DNA of 64,000 nucleotides, taken from a virus. The DNA is taken from the IMG/VR virus record IMGVR_UViG_3300029998_000020, positions 9,130-73,129 of that record, one strand, 5' to 3'. Made by a program: the position numbers and the translations under genes. Below the pieces are notes generated by a model. The model was not told the origin of the DNA and ran no database searches. It saw only the letters and a program-made list of their open reading frames with translations. How positions within the stretch are numbered: the first letter of the stretch is position 1; every line of letters begins with the position of its first letter. Shown here piece after piece: positions 1 through 9,330 of this stretch.

Positions 1-173
1 AAAATATTAATTACATTATCATAAGCATCAGATTGAGCCTTTTTACAAATATAAACTGCATCACTTCTATCTAAAAATCTTCTATATTCAAAATCATTTT
101 GTAGTAGATTTTTCCAAAATCTACCAGAACCAATTTGTCTAACAAAAACTTCTTTCCATGTATCTTCTTTCAT
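1..173 (-). CDS. Hypothetical protein, partial (runs off window start)
   Basis: ATG at 173, open frame MKEDTWKEVFVRQIGSGRFWKNLL... to position 1. Confidence 0.55.
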   Translation of the reverse strand, partial: MKEDTWKEVFVRQIGSGRFWKNLLQNDFEYRRFLDRSDAVYICKKAQSDAYDNVINI

Positions 174-176
174 AAA

Positions 177-620
177 TCATTTACGATAGATTCTGTTGTT
201 GTTATATTGTTTTGTCTTTTGACTATACATTTTAGATTGCATCTTATTTGTTATAACTTTACAATTCATGTCCATTTCTTTTTTGTATAAATTATCATCA
301 ATATTTGTATACCAAAAATAAGAGTCAGGATAATGAAAATCTTTAGTGCTATCAACAATTATAGATTTTTCAATAAAACTTAAAATTAATTCTTCTTTAC
401 TATTGTGTTTTGTGTTATTAGTTACACTTAATAATTTTAACTTCCTGTATAATTTCTTATCAATACTAAAATTTACAATATGTTCATATGAGCTTTTTAT
501 GTTCAATCCAGTATAATTCATTTTTATAAACTTACAAATTTCAATATTGTAAAATTTAAGAACTGCACCATGTTTGCTTGACATATCAAATGTGAATAAT
601 ATTAAATTATTATCTATCAT
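177..620 (-). CDS. Hypothetical protein
   Basis: 147 aa ORF in co-oriented run with ATGA overlaps. Confidence 0.6.
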   Translation of the reverse strand: MIDNNLILFTFDMSSKHGAVLKFYNIEICKFIKMNYTGLNIKSSYEHIVNFSIDKKLYRKLKLLSVTNNTKHNSKEELILSFIEKSIIVDSTKDFHYPDSYFWYTNIDDNLYKKEMDMNCKVITNKMQSKMYSQKTKQYNNNRIYRK

Positions 621-919
621 TTTTCTAAATCTTTTTTAGAAATATATTCAATAACGTCTTTTGATTTTTTAATTTCAGAAATAACCAATGAATATAATGA
701 ATCTTTAATTATTATTTTGTCATCATTTGAAGAACTTTCTAATATTGCTAATAGATTACTCATAGGACTTAATTTATTTCTAACATTAGCAAGTTCTTCA
801 ATTTGATATTTTTCAATCTCTTTAAGAAGGTCTTGCTTATCATTCCAACTTGATGCTGGTTGTTGCTCGGAATCAAATTTCCAAAAACTATTTACTAAAT
901 TTAAAATTTTGCTTTTCAT
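617..919 (-). CDS. Hypothetical protein
   Basis: 100 aa ORF, ATGA overlaps both sides. Confidence 0.65.
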   Translation of the reverse strand: MKSKILNLVNSFWKFDSEQQPASSWNDKQDLLKEIEKYQIEELANVRNKLSPMSNLLAILESSSNDDKIIIKDSLYSLVISEIKKSKDVIEYISKKDLEK

Positions 920-1167
920 AACATTTTCAATTTTTCCAATTTTTCTAATCTTAATATTTTAATTTTGTAAGTTTTCATTTTATTCAAGAATAAATCTTCA
1001 TTAGTGAAATCACCTAAGAAAATATCATATCCACCGTAATATAATTTATAATTAGTAAAATATCTCATTTCTACTTCACGTACCATAAATTTGTGAGTAT
1101 AACCATACCAAGTACGATCTTCAATATCATATCTAAAATTATTTAATATTAGGGTAGCTTCTGTCAT
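916..1167 (-). CDS. Small protein with C-terminal RxxKLxxL tag
   Basis: Ends ILRLEKLEKLKML. Confidence 0.7.
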   Translation of the reverse strand: MTEATLILNNFRYDIEDRTWYGYTHKFMVREVEMRYFTNYKLYYGGYDIFLGDFTNEDLFLNKMKTYKIKILRLEKLEKLKML

Positions 1168-1204
1168 TTATATAAAGTTACAAAAATGTTTTGTAATTAC
1201 CAAA

Positions 1205-1414
1205 TTATTTTTGAATTATTTTAATTTCATAGCCGATATTACTCAATTCCTTGATTATATCTTTCACCATCTGTTCAGCTTCTTCAACTTGAAGAACAGC
1301 ATACATACCTTCACCATTTTCTGTGGTTCTGAATATGTATATTGCCTCCAATAGTGCAAATTTTATTTTTTCGTTGTCTTCTTTCAAAGATAATTCTTCT
1401 AACTTGTTATCCAT
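1205..1414 (-). CDS. Hypothetical protein
   Basis: 69 aa ORF in operon. Confidence 0.6.
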   Translation of the reverse strand: MDNKLEELSLKEDNEKIKFALLEAIYIFRTTENGEGMYAVLQVEEAEQMVKDIIKELSNIGYEIKIIQK

Positions 1415-1416
1415 AT

Positions 1417-1830
1417 TTAATTTAATTCTTTATAGTAACCTTTATATTTTATGTTTGTTGTAGAATAGCCAAGTTTTTCCATTTTATCAGGTTTTACTGT
1501 TTCAACATAACCATCCAAATAAAGCCAAGTAATACCTATTTCTTTACATTTTTCTTCATAGTGTTTTAATAATTTAACACCAATTCCAGTATTTTGATAT
1601 TTAGGTAATACACCAACACTCCATAGCATGGAGCCTTGGCATAATAATTTTTCACCTAATACAAATCCAACACATTCTTCATCTAATTCATAGGTGAAAA
1701 ATAAATCTGTTAGACTTATAAGTTCTAAATACCAATCATAGTAAGATATTCCACCTTCAGTAGATGTGTTGCTTAATCCTGGTGCATTTGAAATTTCACA
1801 GATTTTTTAATAAATCTTTTTCAATTGTTT
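1417..1830 (-). pseudogene. GNAT (RimI-like) acetyltransferase with +1 frameshift in an A6 run
   Basis: ATG at 1830 (MIRKTIEKDLL); removing one A at 1803-1808 joins it to a frame ...CVGFVLGEKLLCQGSMLWSVGVLPKYQNTGIGVKLL (GNAT motif A). Confidence 0.75.
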
Positions 1831-1859
1831 TTCTTATCATTTTTAGGTTTAATTATTTA

Positions 1860-1890
1860 CAAATATACAAAAAATAATTGACATATCAAA
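1860..1890 (-). promoter_or_regulatory. Bacteroidota sigma70-type promoter
   Basis: TTTG-N19-TATATTTG upstream of the GNAT gene. Confidence 0.7.
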
Positions 1891-2172
1891 ATTTATTTGG
1901 TTATGTTTTTATCTAAATATTCTTTCCACATCTGTTCAACAAATTCTGAACGATTTATATTGTTATCTTTGAGGTATTTATCTATCTTATCAAAAACATC
2001 ATTATTTATTGATATGCTTATGTTCTTCTTCTTTTCTTCTGTTTCTTTTTTTGGTCTACCCATGATTTATTTTATATTTTACTATTATATATGAAAAAAT
2101 ATTCTTGGTTTAAAAATAGAAAAATATGACTTATTTTTATTTATATATAGATAAAAATGATACACAATTATT

Positions 2173-2334
2173 ATGAAAACAGAAAGAAACACAAAAGTAA
2201 TGTCAATAACTATAGATAAGGATGTATATGACAAAATATCAGAATTAGTTAATAACAAATCCAAATTTACTGAATGGCTATTCATTAACTATTTAGATAA
2301 CATCGGAATTGATGTAAAAAATATAAAATTTTAA
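2173..2334 (+). CDS. Ribbon-helix-helix (CopG-like) small DNA-binding protein; not in ORF track
   Basis: MKTERNTKVMSITIDKDVYDKISELVNNKSKFTEWLFINYL..., 53 aa, 1 nt before the HNH gene. Confidence 0.65.
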   Translation: MKTERNTKVMSITIDKDVYDKISELVNNKSKFTEWLFINYLDNIGIDVKNIKF

Positions 2335-2335
2335 A

Positions 2336-3199
2336 ATGGATTATTTAAAAATATATAAAAAATTGATAACAAATGCAATAGAAAGGACAATTTCTGATAA
2401 TGAAGTATATGAAAAACATCATATAATATCAAAATGTATATTCAATGATAACTATTCTATATCAGTATTTAATGATTATTATAAATTAGTCAAATCAAAA
2501 TATAGTCTTAGTAATGTAGTTAAATTAACACTAAGAGAGCATTATATTTCACATTTATTGTTGGTTAGAATTTTTGAAAAAAATAAAAATTGTCATTTTA
2601 AATTATTATGTGCTGCAAATTTTTTGACCAACAGAACAAAAAATAATAGGGAATATGAATGGCAAAAGAAAGAATACATTGAGAAATTAAAAATATCTAT
2701 GACTGGAAAGCCAAGTAGAGCAAAAGGAAAAAAATGGTCAGAAGAATCAAAGAAAAATAAATCAGGCACAAATCATTATATGTATAATAAAAATTATGAT
2801 GAACTTTATGGATTAGAAAAATCTCAAGAGTTGAAAGAAAATAGAAGAAATTCACAATTAGGTAGAATAAAATCAACTGAAGAAAAAAATAAATTATCTA
2901 ACAGAATATTCACAGAAGAATGGAAAAATAATATATCAAAAAATAAAAAAGGTAAAAAACTATCAGAAACAAATAAAGATAATATTAAGAAGTTTATGTT
3001 AAATCCAGATTTGAACCCGAATGTGGATCAGACATTATATAAATTTTACCATATAGATGGCAGGGAAATTATATCAAGAAAAATTGAAATGAAAAAAAAT
3101 TATAATTGTACAGACATACACAAAATAATAAGCGGTATTAGAAAAATTTCTAAAGGATGGAGGTATAAAGGAGAAATAATAAAAAAAAGTGATGAATAA
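2336..3199 (+). CDS. Free-standing HNH homing endonuclease with NUMOD3-like DNA-binding repeats
   Basis: YEKHHII...NVVKLTLREHYISHLLL; K-rich S.E.K..S repeats. Confidence 0.8.
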   Translation: MDYLKIYKKLITNAIERTISDNEVYEKHHIISKCIFNDNYSISVFNDYYKLVKSKYSLSNVVKLTLREHYISHLLLVRIFEKNKNCHFKLLCAANFLTNRTKNNREYEWQKKEYIEKLKISMTGKPSRAKGKKWSEESKKNKSGTNHYMYNKNYDELYGLEKSQELKENRRNSQLGRIKSTEEKNKLSNRIFTEEWKNNISKNKKGKKLSETNKDNIKKFMLNPDLNPNVDQTLYKFYHIDGREIISRKIEMKKNYNCTDIHKIISGIRKISKGWRYKGEIIKKSDE

Positions 3200-3216
3200 T
3201 CATCACTTTTTAATTT

Positions 3217-4296
3217 TTAAATTTTATATAGAGGACAATCACGATTACAACGAATAAGGTTATTTCTAAAATTAATAGTCTTTTCGTTATTCCAAATATC
3301 ATCAATAAAATTACCACATTTTAAAACATTTAGTCCTTCTTTCCAATTTTCTGTATTTGGAGTAAATGAGCAAGGAAAATAATTTCCTTTGACATCAATA
3401 TAGCTACTATAACAACTTGACTCACATGGCTCTACACATTGCTTCATTTTGTTTCTGTATTCATCTGATAATGAGTTATCTGATTCCAAATATTTTAGAA
3501 ATTTGTGACTACTGCAACTATCAAATCCTATACTTATTTTTTCATCTAATGCAAATTTGCAAAGTTCATTAAACTTATCCTGTGGTAAAGGGTGAAATCT
3601 ATTTTCTGCTCTACCTTTAGTTTTTAAACTTAGTAAAACTAATGCGTTAAGATTTTTTAATCTTTCATCATTTTTACAATCTTTAATTACTTGCATTGTA
3701 TAGTCAAAATTTTCCAAGCAAATCATATCGTGAATGTTTACTTGTGTCATTCCTCTATCAGTTAATTCTTTTATTGCGTTGTAACTATTGTCTTTATTAT
3801 AAGATGTACCAACTGATACAGCAACTGCTCCCATTGTTTTTGATAATCTATCATACAATTCTGATGTCATTCGTGATCCATTTATTGTTACATTAGGAAC
3901 AACATCTTGAGAGCGAGTATAATCAAAAATATCCCACATATCTGGATTTGAATCAATGTCTGTTATTCCAAATGCTACCTGAGTTACAGTTAAAGGAAGC
4001 TTAGAAAAAATGTTTTTATATGTGTCTAATGACATATATTCACCATCTTTATTGTTGCTCTTGTAGCAAAATGAACAGTTTTGTTTACACGCTGTGTCAA
4101 TTTCAATATCAGCAATTTCAGGTAATCCTATTTCTAAATCACCATCATCATCTTCTGTTTTACCCCATCTGGCAAAAAACCCTGTTTTTTTGTTAAATAA
4201 GAAATTGTAGTTTTCTGATTTTAAAATTTTAACATCTTTATTATCTACAATTAGTGCTTCTTCACCGTTTGAAAGTTTTAATTTAGTTTGTTTCAT
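3217..4296 (-). CDS. Radical SAM protein with SPASM/twitch-like C-terminus
   Basis: CKQNCSFC (CxxxCxxC); C-terminal PCES.C...YIDVKGNYFPC...C. Confidence 0.85.
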   Translation of the reverse strand: MKQTKLKLSNGEEALIVDNKDVKILKSENYNFLFNKKTGFFARWGKTEDDDGDLEIGLPEIADIEIDTACKQNCSFCYKSNNKDGEYMSLDTYKNIFSKLPLTVTQVAFGITDIDSNPDMWDIFDYTRSQDVVPNVTINGSRMTSELYDRLSKTMGAVAVSVGTSYNKDNSYNAIKELTDRGMTQVNIHDMICLENFDYTMQVIKDCKNDERLKNLNALVLLSLKTKGRAENRFHPLPQDKFNELCKFALDEKISIGFDSCSSHKFLKYLESDNSLSDEYRNKMKQCVEPCESSCYSSYIDVKGNYFPCSFTPNTENWKEGLNVLKCGNFIDDIWNNEKTINFRNNLIRCNRDCPLYKI

Positions 4297-4550
4297 ATTT
4301 TGTTTAATTTGTTTAATTTGTCTCTTCTTTCAGATTTTAATGATGATTCAAATAATTCAATATAATATAATGTATAGGGTTGTTCTGATATTCCTATACG
4401 CAAAATGTCTTTGTTAATAGATGAATATTGTAGTCCATCTACAGTGTAATTTTTATCAAAACTCAAATCTGATGGTATTCCAATTTGCTCAAATATGTTT
4501 GTTGGTTTTTTGAGTATAACTTTATCACCAATTTTCAAGTTTGTTATCAT
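4293..4550 (-). CDS. KIGD-type small beta protein with C-terminal tag
   Basis: Starts LKIGDKVIL, ends ERRDKLNKLNKI. Confidence 0.7.
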   Translation of the reverse strand: MITNLKIGDKVILKKPTNIFEQIGIPSDLSFDKNYTVDGLQYSSINKDILRIGISEQPYTLYYIELFESSLKSERRDKLNKLNKI

Positions 4551-4575
4551 GTTTGATTATTTAAAACATTTTAAT

Positions 4576-4830
4576 TTAACACTCAGATATTTCTATTTCA
4601 TTTGTTTCATTTACATCACAAAAATTCTCATTTAGAATATTCAATGCTTTGTTAAAATTGTTTTCTGTTGTATCTACAACATCTTTATATTCTGATGAAC
4701 TATCAGCATATAAAATAGTCCAACCATTTTTTCCTGCTTGAATCGTTACAATTAACTGTCCTGCTCCAACTCTGAAACTTTTTTCTTTTTCTACCTCACT
4801 TGAAGGCATCATCCCACAAAATCTATTCAT
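4576..4830 (-). CDS. Hypothetical protein
   Basis: 84 aa ORF. Confidence 0.65.
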   Translation of the reverse strand: MNRFCGMMPSSEVEKEKSFRVGAGQLIVTIQAGKNGWTILYADSSSEYKDVVDTTENNFNKALNILNENFCDVNETNEIEISEC

Positions 4831-5009
4831 ATTATTTTACTGTTATTTTTACTAATTTATTCTTCTATTTGTTTATCAATCTTTCTTTTTGATGCATTAT
4901 ATAATCCTAATCTTTTAATTTTAATTGTTTTGTTTGTTAACCACCATTTAACAAAATAAGATTTTTTAATTTTCTTTTTTTGTTTTCTGATGACATAAAT
5001 TTATTTTTT

Positions 5010-5327
5010 TTAAATAGAATAAACAAAGTCTGCTGACATTCTGTGTTCAACTTGTTCTCCTGAGTCATTTTGAAAAGTTAAATATAAACTGTGAATATAT
5101 TCAGTTTTTAGTAATTTGTATGTTTCATCACATACAAATAAGTCATCAACTAGACATGCCTCTTCTATTAGATGATCAATAACTTCTTTTGACTCTAACT
5201 TTTCTTTTATTTCATTATAAGCATCAGAATAAGTGTCTGTATTTTCTACTTTGAAAACAAGTCCATTAGATACCCAGTAATCTTCTCTATCCACATTTGA
5301 GAATAAAATTGCATTTTTCTTTTTCAT
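5010..5327 (-). CDS. Hypothetical protein
   Basis: 105 aa ORF. Confidence 0.65.
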   Translation of the reverse strand: MKKKNAILFSNVDREDYWVSNGLVFKVENTDTYSDAYNEIKEKLESKEVIDHLIEEACLVDDLFVCDETYKLLKTEYIHSLYLTFQNDSGEQVEHRMSADFVYSI

Positions 5328-5339
5328 ATTTTTTATTTT

Positions 5340-5627
5340 TTATTTTTTAAAATCATTCAAAGTTATATAGAACACATCAATTAAAAAGTAATAATCTTTA
5401 TTATATAAATGTTGTTTTGTATAATCGCTATAATTACTTTTCATTGTGCCATACATCATCACACAAGGATATATTGAAGGCGATTTAAATGTTGATGTTT
5501 GGTACTCATATTGTTCTTTTTTTGAACTGTAAATTGCTTTGTTAATATTTTTATTTGGTATAATATTATAGATATCATCTAATAATTTATATAAGTATTT
5601 TTCAGTTTCTAATAATTGTTTTTTCAT
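5340..5627 (-). CDS. Hypothetical protein
   Basis: 95 aa ORF. Confidence 0.6.
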   Translation of the reverse strand: MKKQLLETEKYLYKLLDDIYNIIPNKNINKAIYSSKKEQYEYQTSTFKSPSIYPCVMMYGTMKSNYSDYTKQHLYNKDYYFLIDVFYITLNDFKK

Positions 5628-5629
5628 TT

Positions 5630-5887
5630 TTAAAATAATTTATCTGGAAATATATCTTTATCTAATTTATTGAGTCTTTCATTTAACTCATTATATTTAT
5701 CTATTTTATTTTTGTGAATAATCTTACATACTTTTTCAATTTCTTCTGTTAGATTATTAATAAATCCACATTTGATGACTGTTATCGAATCATCATTCTC
5801 AATTATTGCTACTATTGAATTTTTTTTATATTTCAATTCAATATCGACATCATATTTATCTATAAATTTCAAAATTATACTTTCCAT
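5630..5887 (-). CDS. Hypothetical protein
   Basis: 85 aa ORF, ends with tag-like ERLNKLDKD. Confidence 0.6.
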   Translation of the reverse strand: MESIILKFIDKYDVDIELKYKKNSIVAIIENDDSITVIKCGFINNLTEEIEKVCKIIHKNKIDKYNELNERLNKLDKDIFPDKLF

Positions 5888-5896
5888 TATTATTTT

Positions 5897-6322
5897 TTAT
5901 TGTATAAATATTTGTTTAATCATATTCAATCTTTCTTCATCTGTCATTGGCTTATTCATTTCATATGAATATTTTTCAGATATCAATCTCAATCTTTCAC
6001 TTTCAGAATAATCAAATAAATTATCTATATTTGAACAATCAGCTATGATATTATCTTTGTCATCATAAATTATATAATTATCTTTATTCTGTTCTAATTC
6101 ATCATATATACTATCAGATATAAAATCATTTATTATATTAGCTGTAGATACACCATAAATAGAATTTAATAAAATAATATTAATCTTATTATAAGTTTCT
6201 AAAAAATCAAATAAATCTAATCCATTTTCATGAATACACTTCTCTTTTTTTCCTTCTTCTATAGAAAGTTCAACAAATTTTGTAAATGTGTATTTTTTCA
6301 TACTATTTTTTATTTTTGTCAA
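5897..6322 (-). CDS. Hypothetical protein
   Basis: ORF in operon; true start may be the second Met (MKKYTF). Confidence 0.6.
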   Translation of the reverse strand: MTKIKNSMKKYTFTKFVELSIEEGKKEKCIHENGLDLFDFLETYNKINIILLNSIYGVSTANIINDFISDSIYDELEQNKDNYIIYDDKDNIIADCSNIDNLFDYSESERLRLISEKYSYEMNKPMTDEERLNMIKQIFIQ

Positions 6323-7106
6323 TATCAGGAAATATGTATTCCAAGTAATATCTTGTTAATGAATATACATCAGCCCATTCAGATTTGCTACCAGAAAAAT
6401 TTGTATTGATGAATGACAAACCAGTATTATAAAAATATTCTTTATTTATCTCTTTTTTAACATCTGTTATTATATAGGCATCACCCAATTTATCACCAAC
6501 TTTAAAATCAGCTATTTTATTAGCCATATCGTTTTCAGCAAACAATTCACAATGTTTACTGAAAACTTCATCACAGGCAAATAATAACAAATCTAAACTG
6601 TATATGGTTTCACCTATTTGAGCCATTTTAACCTCAGTGAATTTAGGACGAACAAATGAAAGAGTATTCCAAATAGCATGAACGTTATCTTTTTCAATAA
6701 TTTCAATTAGTGAAGGAAGAATTTGTTTCATTGTTAAAAATTTGTCATCAACATGTGCATCAGAGGTTTCATCATCCATTTTGTCACGGTCATCACTTAT
6801 TGTGAAAACAGACATTCTATCTCGATATGAAATTTCTTTATCTTTGTTAATAGATATAAATGTGAAATGACTACTATATTGTCTTACTAATAGTTGAACA
6901 TTATCCTTAACTAAGAAAAACCAATCATAGTTTTTTCCCTCACTAAATTTTAAATCGTCAAAGGTAAATTTATCATCAACAGTATTGATAGGTATATATT
7001 TTAACAAATATTCAAAACTATATTTTAATTTTTGTATCAGCTTATTTTCATAAACTATGTGTTGTTTAAAATTGCTTTCTTCAAACTTGAAAATATCTTT
7101 TTCCAT
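6303..7106 (-). CDS. Hypothetical protein
   Basis: 267 aa ORF with TATCTTTG -7 element at 7130-7137. Confidence 0.7.
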   Translation of the reverse strand: MEKDIFKFEESNFKQHIVYENKLIQKLKYSFEYLLKYIPINTVDDKFTFDDLKFSEGKNYDWFFLVKDNVQLLVRQYSSHFTFISINKDKEISYRDRMSVFTISDDRDKMDDETSDAHVDDKFLTMKQILPSLIEIIEKDNVHAIWNTLSFVRPKFTEVKMAQIGETIYSLDLLLFACDEVFSKHCELFAENDMANKIADFKVGDKLGDAYIITDVKKEINKEYFYNTGLSFINTNFSGSKSEWADVYSLTRYYLEYIFPDIDKNKK

Positions 7107-7486
7107 ATTGTTTTTATTTTTTAATTACACAAAGATACTAATTAATTTGATGATTATATTAATCAAGAGCTATTTTTTATTTATTTTTAACTATTTAACT
7201 AATATCGTGATTATTAGTTAGTTATAAATAAAAATAAACTATTTGTTTATTTAAGTCTATACAATAACATACTAAGTTAATTTATGGTAACTATTTATTA
7301 CTATATAATAATATAACTAATAATTATAAATCAAATTAGATAATCTAATTTTATAATTAATTGATGATTTAATCTGCTGATTTCCTTACTGTGAATCATA
7401 TCTTATAGGCAGATTTTACTTTTTTACTTTGAATTTATACAATAATTCTACTTTTTAAAATCATCAATCAAAAACAAATTAAAGAC

Positions 7487-7954
7487 ATGAGAAAAATTAT
7501 AATAAGCATAATAATTATGCTATTGACTTTTAGTGCTTATACTAATGCACAAAATGAACAAAAAAAATTCATAAATAAATTTGATGAATTATCTATATCA
7601 CTAAGTAATGAATTTAAAATACCAGTCAGCGTAATACTTGCTATTTCATTGTGGGAAAGTGGTTCTGGTACAAGTAGATTAAGTAGAACTAAACATAACT
7701 ATTTTGGAGTAAAACAAGGAAAAAATTATAAACGTTATGATAATGATTCTGTATCATTTAGACATTTTTGTGAATTCATTTCAAAAAGAAAATATTATAA
7801 AAAATTAACATCTAACAATGTAACTGATTATCATATATGGGTACTCAATATCAAAAGAGGAGGATATTCAGAAACAAAAACATGGGACAAACATGTTATC
7901 TCTATGATTGAAATATATAATTTAACTATGATTGATGATAAATCTGAAGAATAA
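7487..7954 (+). CDS. GH73 glucosaminidase (FlgJ-like) with N-terminal signal peptide; putative lysin
   Basis: AISLWESGSGTSRL...HNYFGVK...GGYSE; hydrophobic N-terminus. Confidence 0.8.
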   Translation: MRKIIISIIIMLLTFSAYTNAQNEQKKFINKFDELSISLSNEFKIPVSVILAISLWESGSGTSRLSRTKHNYFGVKQGKNYKRYDNDSVSFRHFCEFISKRKYYKKLTSNNVTDYHIWVLNIKRGGYSETKTWDKHVISMIEIYNLTMIDDKSEE

Positions 7955-7955
7955 T

Positions 7956-8111
7956 TTATAGATTATTTAATCTATTTAACTTTTCAGTTCTATCATTTTT
8001 TAATTTCTTTCTTTCTTCTTCTCTATCAAATATCATTTTAAATGTATAGTTATAAAATGCAGGATTTGCTACTAAGTCGTAGCTGAAAAGTTTACTTGAT
8101 TTTATTTCCAA
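7956..8111 (-). CDS. 51 aa mini-ORF: prohead-protease-like motif plus C-terminal tag; not in ORF track
   Basis: TTG start; MEIKSSKLFSYDLVANPAFYNYTFKMIFDREEERKKLKNDRTEKLNRLNNL. Confidence 0.6.
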   Translation of the reverse strand: MEIKSSKLFSYDLVANPAFYNYTFKMIFDREEERKKLKNDRTEKLNRLNNL

Positions 8112-8403
8112 TTTGCTTCAATTTCTTTTTTCTTAGATGCTTAACATATTCATTAGGAAAGTTATCATAGTCCAATACAGGCTTGTTTGAAGCTTCCTTT
8201 ATGACATCTAATTGCCATTGTATTGACTCAACTGGATCATCACATTCACTTTCATAAGATATTATAGTAATTGGATTTTCAGTACAAGCTTCAGGTAAGT
8301 CCGTTTCATCGTTATAATATACTTCATAAATACTAAAATGAACATCAGAGTATAAATCTGTTGTTATTCTTTTTGCTAAAATTCTATAATTCCAATGTGT
8401 CAT
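8092..8403 (-). CDS. Phage protein (WNYRI type) with C-terminal tag
   Basis: MTHWNYRIL...; ends HLRKKKLKQI. Confidence 0.7.
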   Translation of the reverse strand: MTHWNYRILAKRITTDLYSDVHFSIYEVYYNDETDLPEACTENPITIISYESECDDPVESIQWQLDVIKEASNKPVLDYDNFPNEYVKHLRKKKLKQIGNKIK

Positions 8404-8437
8404 AATAATTATATATCTATAAGATAAAATAGTTTAT

Positions 8438-8471
8438 AAAAAAAGTCAGAATAATTATTCTGACTTTTTTT
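8438..8471. terminator. Perfect palindrome / bidirectional terminator
   Basis: AAAAAGTCAGAATAATTATTCTGACTTTTT, identical to 14082-14113. Confidence 0.75.
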
Positions 8472-8480
8472 ATTGTTGTG

Positions 8481-8681
8481 TTATATCATAACATTTAACC
8501 AATTTGCTATTGGAATCATTACATAAATAGCCAATAAACATATAATCAATACTATTATTGAAGTTATTGGATATAATCTCCAATAAAATTTTATTCCAAT
8601 AATAACAGATGATAAATGACAAAAAGCACACACAATGAGTGAAATTATTTGTAAAAAAATAAGAAAATTTATATTTACCAT
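8481..8681 (-). CDS. Small two-helix membrane protein
   Basis: 66 aa, two hydrophobic segments. Confidence 0.55.
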   Translation of the reverse strand: MVNINFLIFLQIISLIVCAFCHLSSVIIGIKFYWRLYPITSIIVLIICLLAIYVMIPIANWLNVMI

Positions 8682-8694
8682 GATAATTTTTAAT

Positions 8695-8988
8695 TTATTG
8701 AATTGAATTTAATTTGTTTAATTTATTTTTTCTTGATAAATTTTTGATAGCATTATCAATTAGGTTATCTGTAATTTCTTTTTTATAATATCTGAAATTA
8801 TAAGAAGACTTCATTATTTCTAATTGATGTTCATTTGCATTCATTAATTTATTTAAAATACCCTCTTCTAATTCTTTATAGAATAGCATTTGACCTACCA
8901 CTTGAATATCCTTATATTTTAATGTGAGTTCTGAAATTAATTCTAAGTTATCACAACTTTTTTTTAATTGTTCAATTAATTCCTCCAT
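8695..8988 (-). CDS. Small protein with C-terminal tag
   Basis: Ends LSRKNKLNKLNSIQ. Confidence 0.7.
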   Translation of the reverse strand: MEELIEQLKKSCDNLELISELTLKYKDIQVVGQMLFYKELEEGILNKLMNANEHQLEIMKSSYNFRYYKKEITDNLIDNAIKNLSRKNKLNKLNSIQ

Positions 8989-8996
8989 TTAATTAT

Positions 8997-9329
8997 TTAG
9001 ATTAAACTTATTTTATATCCTAATTTTTTTAGACATCTATAAAAATTGTCAATATCTAAAACTCCACTATTTTTTAGTAAAATATTAATATTATCTGTTT
9101 CCTTTTTTTCTTCAATTTCAAAATCTAATTGTCCTTTTACAAATCTCTCGACATCTGAATCATTAGGATAAGAATCTACAATTTCTTGTAAATCTTCAGT
9201 AGATAAATCATACCTATTCATCATCTCACCTATTTCTGATAAATAATCTGACATTGTGTAACTACAATAATCATCATCATTTACGAATTTTTTCATTTCA
9301 ATGTAGAATTTCTCTAATTTTGTTTTCAT
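8997..9329 (-). CDS. Hypothetical protein
   Basis: 110 aa ORF. Confidence 0.65.
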   Translation of the reverse strand: MKTKLEKFYIEMKKFVNDDDYCSYTMSDYLSEIGEMMNRYDLSTEDLQEIVDSYPNDSDVERFVKGQLDFEIEEKKETDNINILLKNSGVLDIDNFYRCLKKLGYKISLI

Positions 9330-9330
9330 G

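Noticed and set aside
1897-2285. ORFs 1897-2094 (+) and 2085-2285 (-)
   Set aside because: Low-complexity F/I/Y-rich frames over a promoter region; the RHH ORF 2173-2334 is the better call.
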